Assembly: GCA_021802705.1 (NCBI GenBank)
Contig: JAJZRL010000002.1
Coordinates: 25,913 to 89,912 of the forward strand
DNA from: a bacterium
Lineage (GTDB): Bacteria > Patescibacteriota > Minisyncoccia > Phycocordibacterales > Phycocordibacteraceae
DNA length: 64,000 nucleotides
Reading direction: 5' to 3'
The translations under genes were made by a program, and so were the position numbers. Below, in pieces: positions 18,320-27,557 of the stretch; within the stretch, counting starts at the first letter, position 1, and each line of letters begins with the position of its first letter. The notes beneath the pieces are model-generated. The model was given only the letters and a program-made list of their open reading frames with translations, was not told the DNA's origin and did not search any database.

Positions 18320-19018
18320 ATGGACGACGAATACGCCGGATCCGAGAGACTCGTCGAGAGCCTGAATGACGCTGCCGTACGCGAGGCGTATAAAACGCCT
18401 CTCGACGGATACCGGACGGGAATACTCCCCCGTTTCCTTGGAGAGATTCTCATCTGGTGCGGCAATACCGTCTATGGCCGATCGCCCTCCTATCTTAAGT
18501 TTCGTGCGGTCGAAGTCATCGCCCGCGTCCCGTACCATTCCTGGGCTTCGGCGGCCTTCACGCTCCTTACGCTCTTCTATACCGACGAGGCGCGTGCTCT
18601 TAAGCTCTCGACGGTGTCGCGCTTCTCCCGTTTCGCTTCCGACAATGAGACGATGCACGTTGTCGTGATTTCCGCCCTTGCGCGGAAAGAGCGCCCTGCC
18701 GGCATCGTACGCTACACGCTTATCCCGATGTTCTTCGCGTTCTTCTATTTCTGGGTGTCGTATTTCCTCTATCTCCTCAATCCGCGCTGGTCGCTTGAAA
18801 CCAACTATCTTTTCGAACAGCACGCCTTCGATCAGTACTCCCTTTTCCTCAAGGAGAACGAAGAGGTTCTCAAAACGAAAGTGATCGTGAGCGATTTTCT
18901 CGCATGGTACGGCCGGCATCCGAGAAGCCAGTATGAGTTCTTCGAATCGGTCCGAAATGACGAGCTCGTGCATCGCAACCGTTCGATACGCGAAATCGAG
19001 ACGCTGCAGACACCCTGA
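18320..19018 (+). CDS. Alternative oxidase / PTOX-family di-iron carboxylate protein
   Basis: EVIARVPY, NETMH, YLLNPR, FEQHA...Y, RNDELVH: four iron-ligand motifs with AOX/PTOX-like spacing. Confidence 0.8.
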   Translation: MDDEYAGSERLVESLNDAAVREAYKTPLDGYRTGILPRFLGEILIWCGNTVYGRSPSYLKFRAVEVIARVPYHSWASAAFTLLTLFYTDEARALKLSTVSRFSRFASDNETMHVVVISALARKERPAGIVRYTLIPMFFAFFYFWVSYFLYLLNPRWSLETNYLFEQHAFDQYSLFLKENEEVLKTKVIVSDFLAWYGRHPRSQYEFFESVRNDELVHRNRSIREIETLQTP

Positions 19019-19054
19019 CCTTGCACAGACCGGTCCGGAGGAACGCGCGAGCAT

Positions 19055-19588
19055 TCAATACCGCGGGTTTTCCTCAGGAACACCCGAGAGATGGTTTGCG
19101 AGCCGGGCAAGCGCGAAAAGGAGCGACGAGAGGCGGTTCATGTAGGTTTTCGTTTCTTGGGTGATTTCGCGGACCTGCGCATCGCTTACGGCGATGATCC
19201 GACGTTCCGCTCGCCGCGCGAGCGTTCGCGCGACATCAAGGAGCGCGGAGAGCTCGGTCCCGCCGGCAATGGAAAATCCCTTGAGAGGAGGGATTTCCTT
19301 CTCGATGGCATTGATGACCGCTTCTACGGATTCGGTCCGCTCTTTCCCTATACGCTTATCCGCGCCCGCGATCTCGGCCTGGACGATAAAGAGCGTCTCC
19401 TGCGTTTCTTGCAACACCGCTTTGATGCGCGGTTCATCCTGCGCCCGTACTTTTACGAACCCGAGGAACGCGTTCAGCTCGTCGAGCGAACCGAGCGCTT
19501 CCGGAAGTTCCGAAGATTTCGAGATCCGTTGCTGGTCACAGCCAAACACTTTCGTCGTCCCTCCGTCCCCTTTGCCGGTATAAAGCAT
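19055..19588 (-). CDS. Cob(I)alamin adenosyltransferase, PduO type
   Basis: LYTGKGDGGTT, GSLDELN, ARTLARRAER, YMNRLSSLLF. Confidence 0.92.
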   Translation of the reverse strand: MLYTGKGDGGTTKVFGCDQQRISKSSELPEALGSLDELNAFLGFVKVRAQDEPRIKAVLQETQETLFIVQAEIAGADKRIGKERTESVEAVINAIEKEIPPLKGFSIAGGTELSALLDVARTLARRAERRIIAVSDAQVREITQETKTYMNRLSSLLFALARLANHLSGVPEENPRY

Positions 19589-19594
19589 AACGTG

Positions 19595-19678
19595 TGCGCA
19601 GGAGAGGACTCGAACCTCCAATCCCTTGCGGGAGCTACCACCTCAAGGTAGTGCGTCTACCAATTTCGCCACCTGCGC
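19595..19678 (-). tRNA. tRNA-Leu (GAG)
   Basis: GCGCAGG acceptor, CTACC-TTGAGGT-GGTAG anticodon arm, long variable arm. Confidence 0.93.
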
Positions 19679-19768
19679 AGTAAAAACACTATAAACGAAA
19701 ACGCGGCGGACGCAATGAGTACATCCTCCCGCCCGCAAACACTCCGATGTCTTGTGCGGAAGGAAAGC

Positions 19769-20293
19769 TTAAGCGACAACCTCTTCTTCTTTTTTCGGTT
19801 CTTCCTCCGGCGCAGCCGGAACGGCGACAGCGCCTTCTTCAACCTCCCCCTCGGCGGGAGTTTCGGCTTCCGCAGGAGCGATCGTCTCGTCGCTCTTGAG
19901 GTGGAGCATACGCGCGTTGCGCAGCTGACGACGCACTTCTTTCGCCGCCTTTTCACGGATGAAATAGAGCTTCGAACGCCGGACGGGCGAGCGTTTTACG
20001 ATCTCGATCGAGTCGATCAAAGGAGAGTACAGCGGGAACGTCTTTTCAACCCCGACGCCTGAAAGCGTCGCCCGGACAGTGAACGATGCGCCGGCTTCGG
20101 TTCCGTGCTTGACCGAAAGGACGAGGCCCTCGAAAACCTGCTTGCGTGTGTTCTTGATCGTCTTCTCTTTCTTGTCGGTACCGCGGCCCTTTTTGAGTTC
20201 GACGATGTTCTGCACCACGCGCACGGTATCGCCCGAACGGATACCGAGCTTGGCGCGTCCTTCTGCATTAACCGGCGTTATGACGTCGTGCAT
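19769..20293 (-). CDS. rplS: 50S ribosomal protein L19 with acidic C-terminal tail
   Basis: GDTVRV, QVFEGLV, GVGVEKTFPLYSP, VRRSKLYFIR. Confidence 0.95.
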   Translation of the reverse strand: MHDVITPVNAEGRAKLGIRSGDTVRVVQNIVELKKGRGTDKKEKTIKNTRKQVFEGLVLSVKHGTEAGASFTVRATLSGVGVEKTFPLYSPLIDSIEIVKRSPVRRSKLYFIREKAAKEVRRQLRNARMLHLKSDETIAPAEAETPAEGEVEEGAVAVPAAPEEEPKKEEEVVA

Positions 20294-20306
20294 ATTGCCG
20301 CGCACT

Positions 20307-21035
20307 TTAGCATGCGTTTTCAAAGAGAGCAAATTTCTGGGCGGCATGCGGAAAGCGTTTGAATGCGGGAGCGAGGTCCGGCGGTATCGGCGCGACGATA
20401 TGCGCGCTGCCGCCCTTCGGAAGCGGCAATTCAAGCTCATAAGCGTGCAGGGCGAGGCGCGTAGTGCCGAGCGCCGGCGAATGCTTCGGTGCATAAAGGA
20501 CGTCCCCGACGACCGGATGGTGGATAGCCTTGAGGTGGACACGGATCTGATGCGTCCTCCCTGTTTCCGGACTCACCATAAGCAGGGCGCACCCGTCCGC
20601 CTCGCCGAGCACTTCGTAGCGCGTGAGCGCTTCCCGCAAACGCCCTTTCGCCTTAGGTTGAGCGCTCCGGAGCCGGAAATCCTTTCTCGAGCGTCCGATA
20701 TCGAAATCGATGATGCCTTTCTTTTCCTTCGGCGCGCCGTGCGTGATTGCAAGATACGTCTTCCGCACGGCGCGATCGCGGAATGCCTTGCGTAGGAACT
20801 CGTAGGCCGTCTCATTCTTCGCAAAGACGAGGACGCCGGAGGTGTCACGGTCGAGCCGGTGCACATACCCTGCGCCGGCCGGATACTTTCCCTTAAACCA
20901 GTCCTCTGCTGTTTCTGTCTTCTGGCCGGTATGGGGAGTATCTACGGATCCGATACTAGGACGATGCGTCAAAACTCCCGCCGGCTTCAGGACGGCGACG
21001 AGATCGGCATCTTCATAGAGGACAGCGAGGTCCAT
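20307..21035 (-). CDS. RluA-family pseudouridine synthase
   Basis: KPAG, VHRLDRDTSG, TGRTHQIRVH, PVVGDVLY, LHA. Confidence 0.95.
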   Translation of the reverse strand: MDLAVLYEDADLVAVLKPAGVLTHRPSIGSVDTPHTGQKTETAEDWFKGKYPAGAGYVHRLDRDTSGVLVFAKNETAYEFLRKAFRDRAVRKTYLAITHGAPKEKKGIIDFDIGRSRKDFRLRSAQPKAKGRLREALTRYEVLGEADGCALLMVSPETGRTHQIRVHLKAIHHPVVGDVLYAPKHSPALGTTRLALHAYELELPLPKGGSAHIVAPIPPDLAPAFKRFPHAAQKFALFENAC

Positions 21036-21104
21036 CGCGCTACTCTACCATTGCTTTTTGGAAAGGGTCGCGCCGCCTTCTCGACCCTGCTCTTATTTTC
21101 CGGG

Positions 21105-21177
21105 TGCACCCTGAGGGACTTGAACCCCCGACCTTCGCAGTGTAAATGCGCTGCTCTACCAACTGAGCTAAGGGTGC
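21105..21177 (-). tRNA. tRNA-Val (TAC)
   Basis: GCACCCT acceptor, loop TTTACAC, GGTTCAAGT. Confidence 0.92.
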
Positions 21178-21210
21178 CTGTCGTACATTCTATGCCATGG
21201 CTGACCGCTT

Positions 21211-21295
21211 TGGTGGGCATGGGGAGACTCGAACTCCCAAGTCTTGCGACATACGCTTCTGAGACGTACGCGTATACCAATTCCGCCACATGCCC
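21211..21295 (-). tRNA. tRNA-Leu (CAG)
   Basis: GGGCATG acceptor, loop CTCAGAA, long variable arm, encoded CCA. Confidence 0.94.
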
Positions 21296-21403
21296 TTCCC
21301 TTCCCGGATATGCGCCTCTCTTTACGGTATCGCAGACTCTCGATTGAGACAACGAGCGGCCCCAAAGAGACGTCCGCAATCGCTTTTCTGGAATGATTGC
21401 GGA

Positions 21404-21943
21404 CTATTTCTCAAACCGCTGCTCTCTCGTTTTCTTCAGGACGGCTATTTTATAATGAGGTTTCAGCTTTGTCGTCGGATATAAGGCGACTATCTCGAAT
21501 TCGCCATTCTTTTTCGTGAGAAGCCGTTGTTCGACATATTCTCTGCTAAAGAGAACCGTGCCGAGATGGAACATGGGGTCGACATCGATGCTCCGCGCGG
21601 AAAGAACGAGCGCGAAAGAAAGACCTTCGCTTATGCTTGCCGGATAATATCCCGCTTCGCATACCTCACGATAAAACTCCCGAATATCGGTTTCCATATC
21701 GAGCGAGACGAGAGCGAACGTCCGTTCGTACGCCCTTTCGCCTTCATACTCTTTCCAAAGCGGCCCATAGAGAACGCTGGAAAGATCGAGCCTCTCCTCA
21801 AGAGACTTGCGCGAAAACAGCTTGCTCAGGAACAAGTAGGGATGAGCGCCTGAAAAACGACCGTTGAGATACGAGGTCAGCGTTTCTGCAATGGTGTTTT
21901 TACGAACGACCCTGACACCGGTAACTTCGTGTTCAATCTTCAT
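21404..21943 (-). CDS. Hypothetical protein (orphan)
   Basis: MKIEHEVTG... with GGAGG SD and TGaTAAAAT box upstream. Confidence 0.65.
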   Translation of the reverse strand: MKIEHEVTGVRVVRKNTIAETLTSYLNGRFSGAHPYLFLSKLFSRKSLEERLDLSSVLYGPLWKEYEGERAYERTFALVSLDMETDIREFYREVCEAGYYPASISEGLSFALVLSARSIDVDPMFHLGTVLFSREYVEQRLLTKKNGEFEIVALYPTTKLKPHYKIAVLKKTREQRFEK

Positions 21944-22041
21944 CGAAACCTCCGAAAAGTACGTCCTCTGGCATTTTATCACGTACGAATTGCTATGGGG
22001 ACTTGGCTCGTGCGCCTGTTCCGCCCCGGGCGCGTTTCGTT

Positions 22042-23118
22042 TTATCGCGCCTTGCGCACAATGCAGAACGGCGTCATCTCATCCGACTGGCCCATCGGGT
22101 TGTCGCGGAAAACCTTGCCGATGAAGTCTTCCGTGATCGCGCGCGTAGACTTCCCGAGCGAGAATGCGCCGCGGTAGTTGGAGTCAAGGATGACGACCTC
22201 GCAGCCGAGACGGGCTTTGACACGTTTTGCGAAATCGTCGGGATCATCCGGTGCGAGTTTTGCCGAATGTGCGTACTCGAGAATGAGGAACGACATCGGG
22301 AGATCGACGGATTTGGCGCGCTTGCCACCCAACGTATAGAAGAGTCCGCGGATGCCGAACGGTCGCGTAATCGCAGAAACCGCCGCGGCAAAGAGCGCTC
22401 GCGGATAGCCGGCTTCTTGAATGAAGAGCTGCATCGCGAGCGGCGTGCCGTGGCCGAAGCCGCGAAACTCGGGGGTGCCGTAGTAATTGGCGACATTGCG
22501 CGCGAAAACATAGGCGAGCCATCCGGGCTTTATCTCGCTCATGTCGATAATCTTCTGTTGCGCGATGCTCAATGCTTTTTCGCTCACAAAGACCATGTCC
22601 TCTGCTTGCACATGAGGTCCGGCATACTCGACGATGATCGGGAGCAAGTCCTTGTCGGCCATCGTGATGAGACGCGATTTCACGAGGAGGCGGTCGTACC
22701 TTGTGCCGTCAACGTCGATCGGACTACTGAGTGGCGCGGCGCCGGCTGTTGCAAGGCGAGGAACGCTCACGGCCTCGACCCGCTCGCTCGGCACCTTCTC
22801 GCCGCGGAACATCGAGAAAAGCACTTCTTCGGCCTGCCGGATCTGATCGTGCGACTGCTTGATCTTCGCACGGGAGCGGAGAAGTTCCGTCGATTCCATA
22901 TATAAGATGTGCGCCTCGTCGATACGCTTTTGTGAAAACGATGCAGTAATGTCAGGTTCGTCATTGGCACTCGCTTTCAAATCGACCGAGCCATCGTCGC
23001 GCGGCGTATAAAACACCGTGAATCCGGTCTGCCCTTTCATCTCAGCATAGACGAGCGCGCTTTCTCCCGACCTCGTTTTCGGACCCGCTCCCGTCGAAAC
23101 TGCTACCGCTGCTGACAT
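22042..23118 (-). CDS. F420-0:gamma-glutamyl ligase-like protein with N-terminal extension
   Basis: C-terminal ~230 aa: FVSEKALSIAQ, TPLAMQL, LAPDDPD, VILDSN, DNPMGQSDEMTP. Confidence 0.75.
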   Translation of the reverse strand: MSAAVAVSTGAGPKTRSGESALVYAEMKGQTGFTVFYTPRDDGSVDLKASANDEPDITASFSQKRIDEAHILYMESTELLRSRAKIKQSHDQIRQAEEVLFSMFRGEKVPSERVEAVSVPRLATAGAAPLSSPIDVDGTRYDRLLVKSRLITMADKDLLPIIVEYAGPHVQAEDMVFVSEKALSIAQQKIIDMSEIKPGWLAYVFARNVANYYGTPEFRGFGHGTPLAMQLFIQEAGYPRALFAAAVSAITRPFGIRGLFYTLGGKRAKSVDLPMSFLILEYAHSAKLAPDDPDDFAKRVKARLGCEVVILDSNYRGAFSLGKSTRAITEDFIGKVFRDNPMGQSDEMTPFCIVRKAR

Positions 23119-23257
23119 ATTTTTGCGCGCATAATTTTTATATTCCGTATAGCATATCACGGAAGCAAATGCTGCAGAGATGCTGGAGCAAGTGGATGTT
23201 TCCGCGCCCGAGAAAGCGGAGGGCGGTATGGATCAGACATCACATCTACGCTCGCGC

Positions 23258-23332
23258 TGGTGCCCCCAGAAGGAATCGAACCTCCATCAAGAGCTTAGAA
23301 GTCTCCTGCTCTATCCATTGAGCTATGGGGGC
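23258..23332 (-). tRNA. tRNA-Arg (TCT)
   Basis: GCCCCCA acceptor, loop CTTCTAA, encoded CCA; A31-G39 mismatch. Confidence 0.9.
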
Positions 23333-23362
23333 CAAACATCCCTACCCTACCGCACCAAGGCG

Positions 23363-23668
23363 TTATTGCGAAGGATCCGGGTATTGGTACGCTCCCGTCT
23401 CATACTTCGACTCTTCTGCGGCACGATTTGCAAAAATAGTGCGGACAGTGTCGAGCGACGACTGGTTGAAAACCGGCTCGGTCGTACTGCTTACAGAAGA
23501 ACCTATGATGCCGCCGCGCGCAACGGTATCGAAGACCGATATGCTCCACATGACGTTGCCGGCAAGGACCGCGATTGAAAGCACGAGCAGCATGAGCCAG
23601 TCTCGGGATGGATCAGGACGGATCCCGGTGCGCAGACGTCTGACGAGTAGTTCGATCGAGGAGCGCAT
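23363..23668 (-). CDS. Small membrane protein, last gene of the pilMNO-like operon
   Basis: P.RDW + TM, C-terminal DPS; operon position. Confidence 0.7.
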   Translation of the reverse strand: MRSSIELLVRRLRTGIRPDPSRDWLMLLVLSIAVLAGNVMWSISVFDTVARGGIIGSSVSSTTEPVFNQSSLDTVRTIFANRAAEESKYETGAYQYPDPSQ

Positions 23669-23675
23669 AGCGTAA

Positions 23676-24281
23676 TCAACGTAATTGCGGAACCTTCGGA
23701 CGTGCGGTAGTCGAGTTCATCAGAGAAGCGGGCGTATCCGAGGCATTTGAATACATGCCTGTCGTGGAAGGAGAGGAGGAGGCTGAACCGACAAGCATAG
23801 TAAGGTTAGCATGCCAGCTGTTCTTATCGACCTGTTCGAGCGAGAGCCCCGATATGGTGAGATCGTACGGAGCGTATTCGATGAGACCGATCGTGCGCAT
23901 CGTCGCATCAAACGGTCCTTCTATGGCAAGCGCAAGCGTAAAGACCGAGTGCGTCCCGACACTCCCTGAAGAGACGGAAAGGATATTCACGTGTGTCTTC
24001 TGGGATTTGCCGTACGCGCCGAGACTATCGATGAAAGGGACGATGCCGTCTTCGGGGACGAAATAGCTTTGCACGGAAGCTTCGCTGTCAGCGATTTCCG
24101 CGAGAGCCGCTTGGACGGAAGCAACGCGGCTAGCGGTGGCGGTCTTTGCATCGATCTGGTCTTGGATCTTCGCAACCGAAGCGCTCATGTCCACTATGGA
24201 CATATACCATGCATAGAAACCGGCAAAGACGATAACGCAGAAGACGAGCGAGCCGACGAGATGTGTGAGAGGCGGTTTCAT
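23676..24281 (-). CDS. PilO-like type IV pilus alignment protein
   Basis: N-terminal TM, coiled coil, ferredoxin-like C-terminus (IEGPF...IEYAPY); follows PilN-like gene. Confidence 0.65.
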   Translation of the reverse strand: MKPPLTHLVGSLVFCVIVFAGFYAWYMSIVDMSASVAKIQDQIDAKTATASRVASVQAALAEIADSEASVQSYFVPEDGIVPFIDSLGAYGKSQKTHVNILSVSSGSVGTHSVFTLALAIEGPFDATMRTIGLIEYAPYDLTISGLSLEQVDKNSWHANLTMLVGSASSSPSTTGMYSNASDTPASLMNSTTARPKVPQLR

Positions 24282-24832
24282 GGCGCAAGCGTGACGACGA
24301 TAGTAAAGGGGATGTCCGATCCTTTCGCGTATGCGGAGACCGGCAGATCGGCGCTCGAAACAAACGAAGCGTTTTGCAGCGCGAGCTGGTAAACACGGAG
24401 GTTGTCGCGCGATGCCGCGGTGCCGGAGATCGCTACCTTTCCCGGGCTCCCCCCGCTTGCAGGGGTGTATGAGAATCCGGAAAGGCTGACGCCGGTATGT
24501 GGGATCGCAAGTATGGAACGCATGACCGAACTTGCCGCCGGCACCGTCTCAAGAGCGGTCAAGGTTGCTACGTCGTTTGAGAGCGCGGAGAGTTTTGCGG
24601 AAAGCGACGATTCGTCCGTCGAGGAGAGCGTGGATTCTACGCTCGCGAGACGCGCTTCTTTGGTCTGATAGCTTTTTCCCAAAAGAACGTATGTCGGCAA
24701 AAGCAATATCGCGGCGGCAAGAGCAAGAGCGGACGCGAGCAAAAGGAAGATGACGCCGAGCCGCACGAAGTAATTCCGGCGCAGCAGGCGCTGACGTTCA
24801 AAAGGGAGAAGGTTGGTGAGTTCGTTATGCAT
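24278..24832 (-). CDS. PilN-like protein
   Basis: NLLP motif, TM, coiled coil, ISGTAASR; follows pilM. Confidence 0.75.
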   Translation of the reverse strand: MHNELTNLLPFERQRLLRRNYFVRLGVIFLLLASALALAAAILLLPTYVLLGKSYQTKEARLASVESTLSSTDESSLSAKLSALSNDVATLTALETVPAASSVMRSILAIPHTGVSLSGFSYTPASGGSPGKVAISGTAASRDNLRVYQLALQNASFVSSADLPVSAYAKGSDIPFTIVVTLAP

Positions 24833-25919
24833 AGGATCCGACACAATCGCGCAACGCAAGACCTATCGCCGTCGCATAGGCGAGCGATTCGGTATAGTCA
24901 AGCGAGGGGATCCACACGTTGCGCGATGCGAGATTGGTGAAAACGTCGCCTGTCGTGACGGGGATTTTCAACGATCCTTCGAGATACTCAGGAAGTCCGC
25001 GGACCGATGCGTTACCGCCGGCGAGAATGGCGTGCGACACCCGCTCATGAGACCCCTGAAAAGCCGCCTTTCCTTGCCAATAATCGAGCCGCGTCAATAT
25101 CTCGTCGCGGATCGCCGAAACGGTCGAGAGCATGGCGGCAAGATAATCATCATTACCGGGAGCATGGACGATGCCGCGTTCGGCCTTTACCTTGCGCGCC
25201 TCGGATTCCGTAACGCCAAAATGTTTCTGCACGGCAAGGGTGAGTGCGTGGCCGCCGATGCTGATCGTCGTCGCAAAACGCGGTATGCGGCGCGCGACGA
25301 TAGCCATCTTCGTGGTCGTCTTGCCGACATCGATGATGAGCGCCGTTGACTCGTCTCCGTGCGGGAGAAGCGCGCGCGCCATCGCGAACGTCTCTCCCTC
25401 AAGAGCCCTGACCTCGACACCAGCCGCATCGAAGGCGTCGAGCGTCGAAGCGACGATGCGGCGCGCGAATCCGATACCCGCAACGAGCGTATTGCCGGCG
25501 CCGTCCTGCCCGGTGCCGACGACATCAAAAGACGTTTCTTGCGGGGGCAGCGGTATGAGCTCGTCGATACGTTGCTCGATAGCAGTCCGCCACTCCTGCT
25601 TCTTCATGCCCGGTACCGCCGTTTCAAACAGGTACGACTTCGATTCCGGTAACGCGGCATTGCCTGAGGAAATGCCCGCCTCTTTCGCGGCCGCGGCAAG
25701 GGCAGCGGCGACGGCGTTTCGGTCCATGATTTCGCCGTCCGTAAACGCTCCGACCGGCAAGCGCGCCTCGGCATACTTTGCCAAGACAAAGCCATGGGCG
25801 TTTTCGGCAAGACGCACCGCTTTCACGCCGCTCGTCGAGAGATCGATGCCGGAAAGCGGAGCGGCGAGATATCGCGGAGGAGCGAACGCGGCGCGCAATC
25901 CTCTGGAAACGGAAAGCAT
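24825..25919 (-). CDS. pilM: Type IV pilus assembly protein PilM
   Basis: GIDLSTSGVKAV, IIDVGKTTT, GG..LT, ILAGGNA, YATAIGLALR (actin-like fold). Confidence 0.88.
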   Translation of the reverse strand: MLSVSRGLRAAFAPPRYLAAPLSGIDLSTSGVKAVRLAENAHGFVLAKYAEARLPVGAFTDGEIMDRNAVAAALAAAAKEAGISSGNAALPESKSYLFETAVPGMKKQEWRTAIEQRIDELIPLPPQETSFDVVGTGQDGAGNTLVAGIGFARRIVASTLDAFDAAGVEVRALEGETFAMARALLPHGDESTALIIDVGKTTTKMAIVARRIPRFATTISIGGHALTLAVQKHFGVTESEARKVKAERGIVHAPGNDDYLAAMLSTVSAIRDEILTRLDYWQGKAAFQGSHERVSHAILAGGNASVRGLPEYLEGSLKIPVTTGDVFTNLASRNVWIPSLDYTESLAYATAIGLALRDCVGSYA

Positions 25920-25968
25920 ACGCGTACAGTATACCGCGACCAACCCAGGAACACCGGCTATTTTGATG

Positions 25969-26310
25969 TTAATGCGCGCTTGTTCCCGGCGGTACCGTGC
26001 GGTCGCTCGTAAGGAACGCGAACGACTCGTCCGAACCGACAGCGAAAAGCATGCCGTCGCTTTCAAGCCCGCGTATCGTGCGCGGCTCGAGATTCGTAAC
26101 GAAAGCAAGCTGACGACCGCAAAGCTCCTCTGGCTCGGGCACGTACGCGGCTATGCCGGAAACGATCTGGCGCGGCCCGCCTTCCTCGCCGAAATCGACC
26201 GTGAGCCGTAAAAGCTTGTCGGTTTCGGGTACGCGTTCGGCAGTACGGACCGTGCCTATCTTCACCTCTATTTTGCTGAACTCATCGATCGATATGCGCG
26301 GTTTATCCAT
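25969..26310 (-). CDS. Stand-alone tRNA-binding OB domain (MetRS C-terminal / CsaA / Trbp111-like)
   Basis: ISIDEFSKIEVKIG, DKLLRLTVDFG, RQIVSGI, NLEPRTIRGLESDGML. Confidence 0.88.
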   Translation of the reverse strand: MDKPRISIDEFSKIEVKIGTVRTAERVPETDKLLRLTVDFGEEGGPRQIVSGIAAYVPEPEELCGRQLAFVTNLEPRTIRGLESDGMLFAVGSDESFAFLTSDRTVPPGTSAH

Positions 26311-26716
26311 GCTGTATGCGTGAAAGAAAGCTGGTAAGAATGAGCGCGGCGGCGGCATCGTCAATCGGTTTCCTTGATTTTGGCGAACGAGGATTTTTCC
26401 CGCGCACCTGCATCCGGCGCGCTTCGGTACTGGTAAATACTTCGGATTCGAAGAATATCGGGATACCCGACCTCTTAGCAACACCGTCTCCAAGGGCACG
26501 GGCATCTTTGGCAATCGGATTTTCATCTCCCGCAAGGTTCCTTGACTCTCCGATGACGACCGCGCCGATATTTTCTTTTTCTATAACGGAACACAGGTCT
26601 TCGATAAGACTCGGCGTATTGGGAACGATGCGGTACGGAAATCCCATGGTGCCGGCCTCGTCCGAGAGCGCGAGACCGACTTTCTTCGAACCGTAATCGA
26701 CACCTAAGTACCGCAT
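26303..26716 (-). CDS. ruvX: YqgF/RuvX pre-16S rRNA maturation nuclease
   Basis: YLGVDYGSKKVGLALSD, VVIG, SEVFTS, DDAAAALIL. Confidence 0.9.
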   Translation of the reverse strand: MRYLGVDYGSKKVGLALSDEAGTMGFPYRIVPNTPSLIEDLCSVIEKENIGAVVIGESRNLAGDENPIAKDARALGDGVAKRSGIPIFFESEVFTSTEARRMQVRGKNPRSPKSRKPIDDAAAALILTSFLSRIQHG

Positions 26717-26746
26717 ACAAGAAAGTGTATGGTATGATTGCTTTAT

Positions 26747-27022
26747 ATGCACGGATTTTCGCCTATTTATTCCCCTTATATGTTCGGATATATGGATATA
26801 TTCCTTCCCCTTCTTCTTCTCGCGGTGCTCTGGACAATAGTTTTGAAAGGTTTCGCTCTCTGGTATGCTGCTCGCGGCGGTCAAAAGTGGTGGTTTGTCG
26901 CAATGCTCATCATAAACACGCTCGGAATCCTCGAGATCATATACCTCATTTGGTTCCGCCCGAAAAATGATACGCCCGCACCGATAGAAACGCAGGTACG
27001 TTCTCCGTCGGCTATAGAGTAG
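26747..27022 (+). CDS. DUF5652-like small membrane protein
   Basis: LKGFALWYAARGGQKWWFVAMLIINTLGILEIIYL. Confidence 0.8.
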   Translation: MHGFSPIYSPYMFGYMDIFLPLLLLAVLWTIVLKGFALWYAARGGQKWWFVAMLIINTLGILEIIYLIWFRPKNDTPAPIETQVRSPSAIE

Positions 27023-27029
27023 TCCCCCC

Positions 27030-27117
27030 GGATGGTTGGCTGAGAGGTCTAAAGCAGCGGACTTGAAATCCGCCGTACCGCAAGGTACCGCAGGTTCGAA
27101 TCCTGCACCATCCGCCA
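27030..27117 (+). tRNA. tRNA-Ser (TGA)
   Basis: GGATGGT acceptor, GCGGA-CTTGAAA-TCCGC, long variable arm, CCA. Confidence 0.95.
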
Positions 27118-27182
27118 GTTAGGGAATTGCTGGTTTGTGCGTTTCGTCGCCCGAACAGAGATTTCGGCGTTATAGTGAACCC

Positions 27183-27557
27183 ATGCCATTCCCCCGCTCC
27201 GATTCCGAACGGTTCTCTCTACAAGATGCGGCACAACGCGCAGTCGAGAGCCATGACAAGCCGACGGAAATGCTTGATCCGGAAACGCGAAAGATGCGAG
27301 AGGAGGAACATAGCGGAATCGAGCTTACGGGAGCGGAGCTCGCTTATCTCAAGGAGATCGTTCTTGAGAAGATGGAAGAAGTCGAAGACCGTATCCGCAT
27401 GCTTGAGCGCTCCACGAAAGAACGGACTGCGTCTAATTCCTACAAAACCGAAAACGATAAGGACGCGCTTGAAAAAGAGCTTGTCTTCTTGCGGCATAAT
27501 CTTGCCGAGAAACTTCTTGGCGATACGAACGCGGAAGGGAACGGACCGAATCGCTAA
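27183..27557 (+). CDS. Hypothetical acidic coiled-coil protein
   Basis: ORF rich in E/K heptads; TATAGT box 6 nt upstream. Confidence 0.6.
   Translation: MPFPRSDSERFSLQDAAQRAVESHDKPTEMLDPETRKMREEEHSGIELTGAELAYLKEIVLEKMEEVEDRIRMLERSTKERTASNSYKTENDKDALEKELVFLRHNLAEKLLGDTNAEGNGPNR

Noticed and set aside
19769-20542. 257-aa L19 and other N-terminally extended ORF-track calls (recO, argS, pilM, tsaE, rpmB, M50 protease, zwf)
   Set aside because: Extensions overlap neighbouring genes; homology and -10 boxes point to downstream starts
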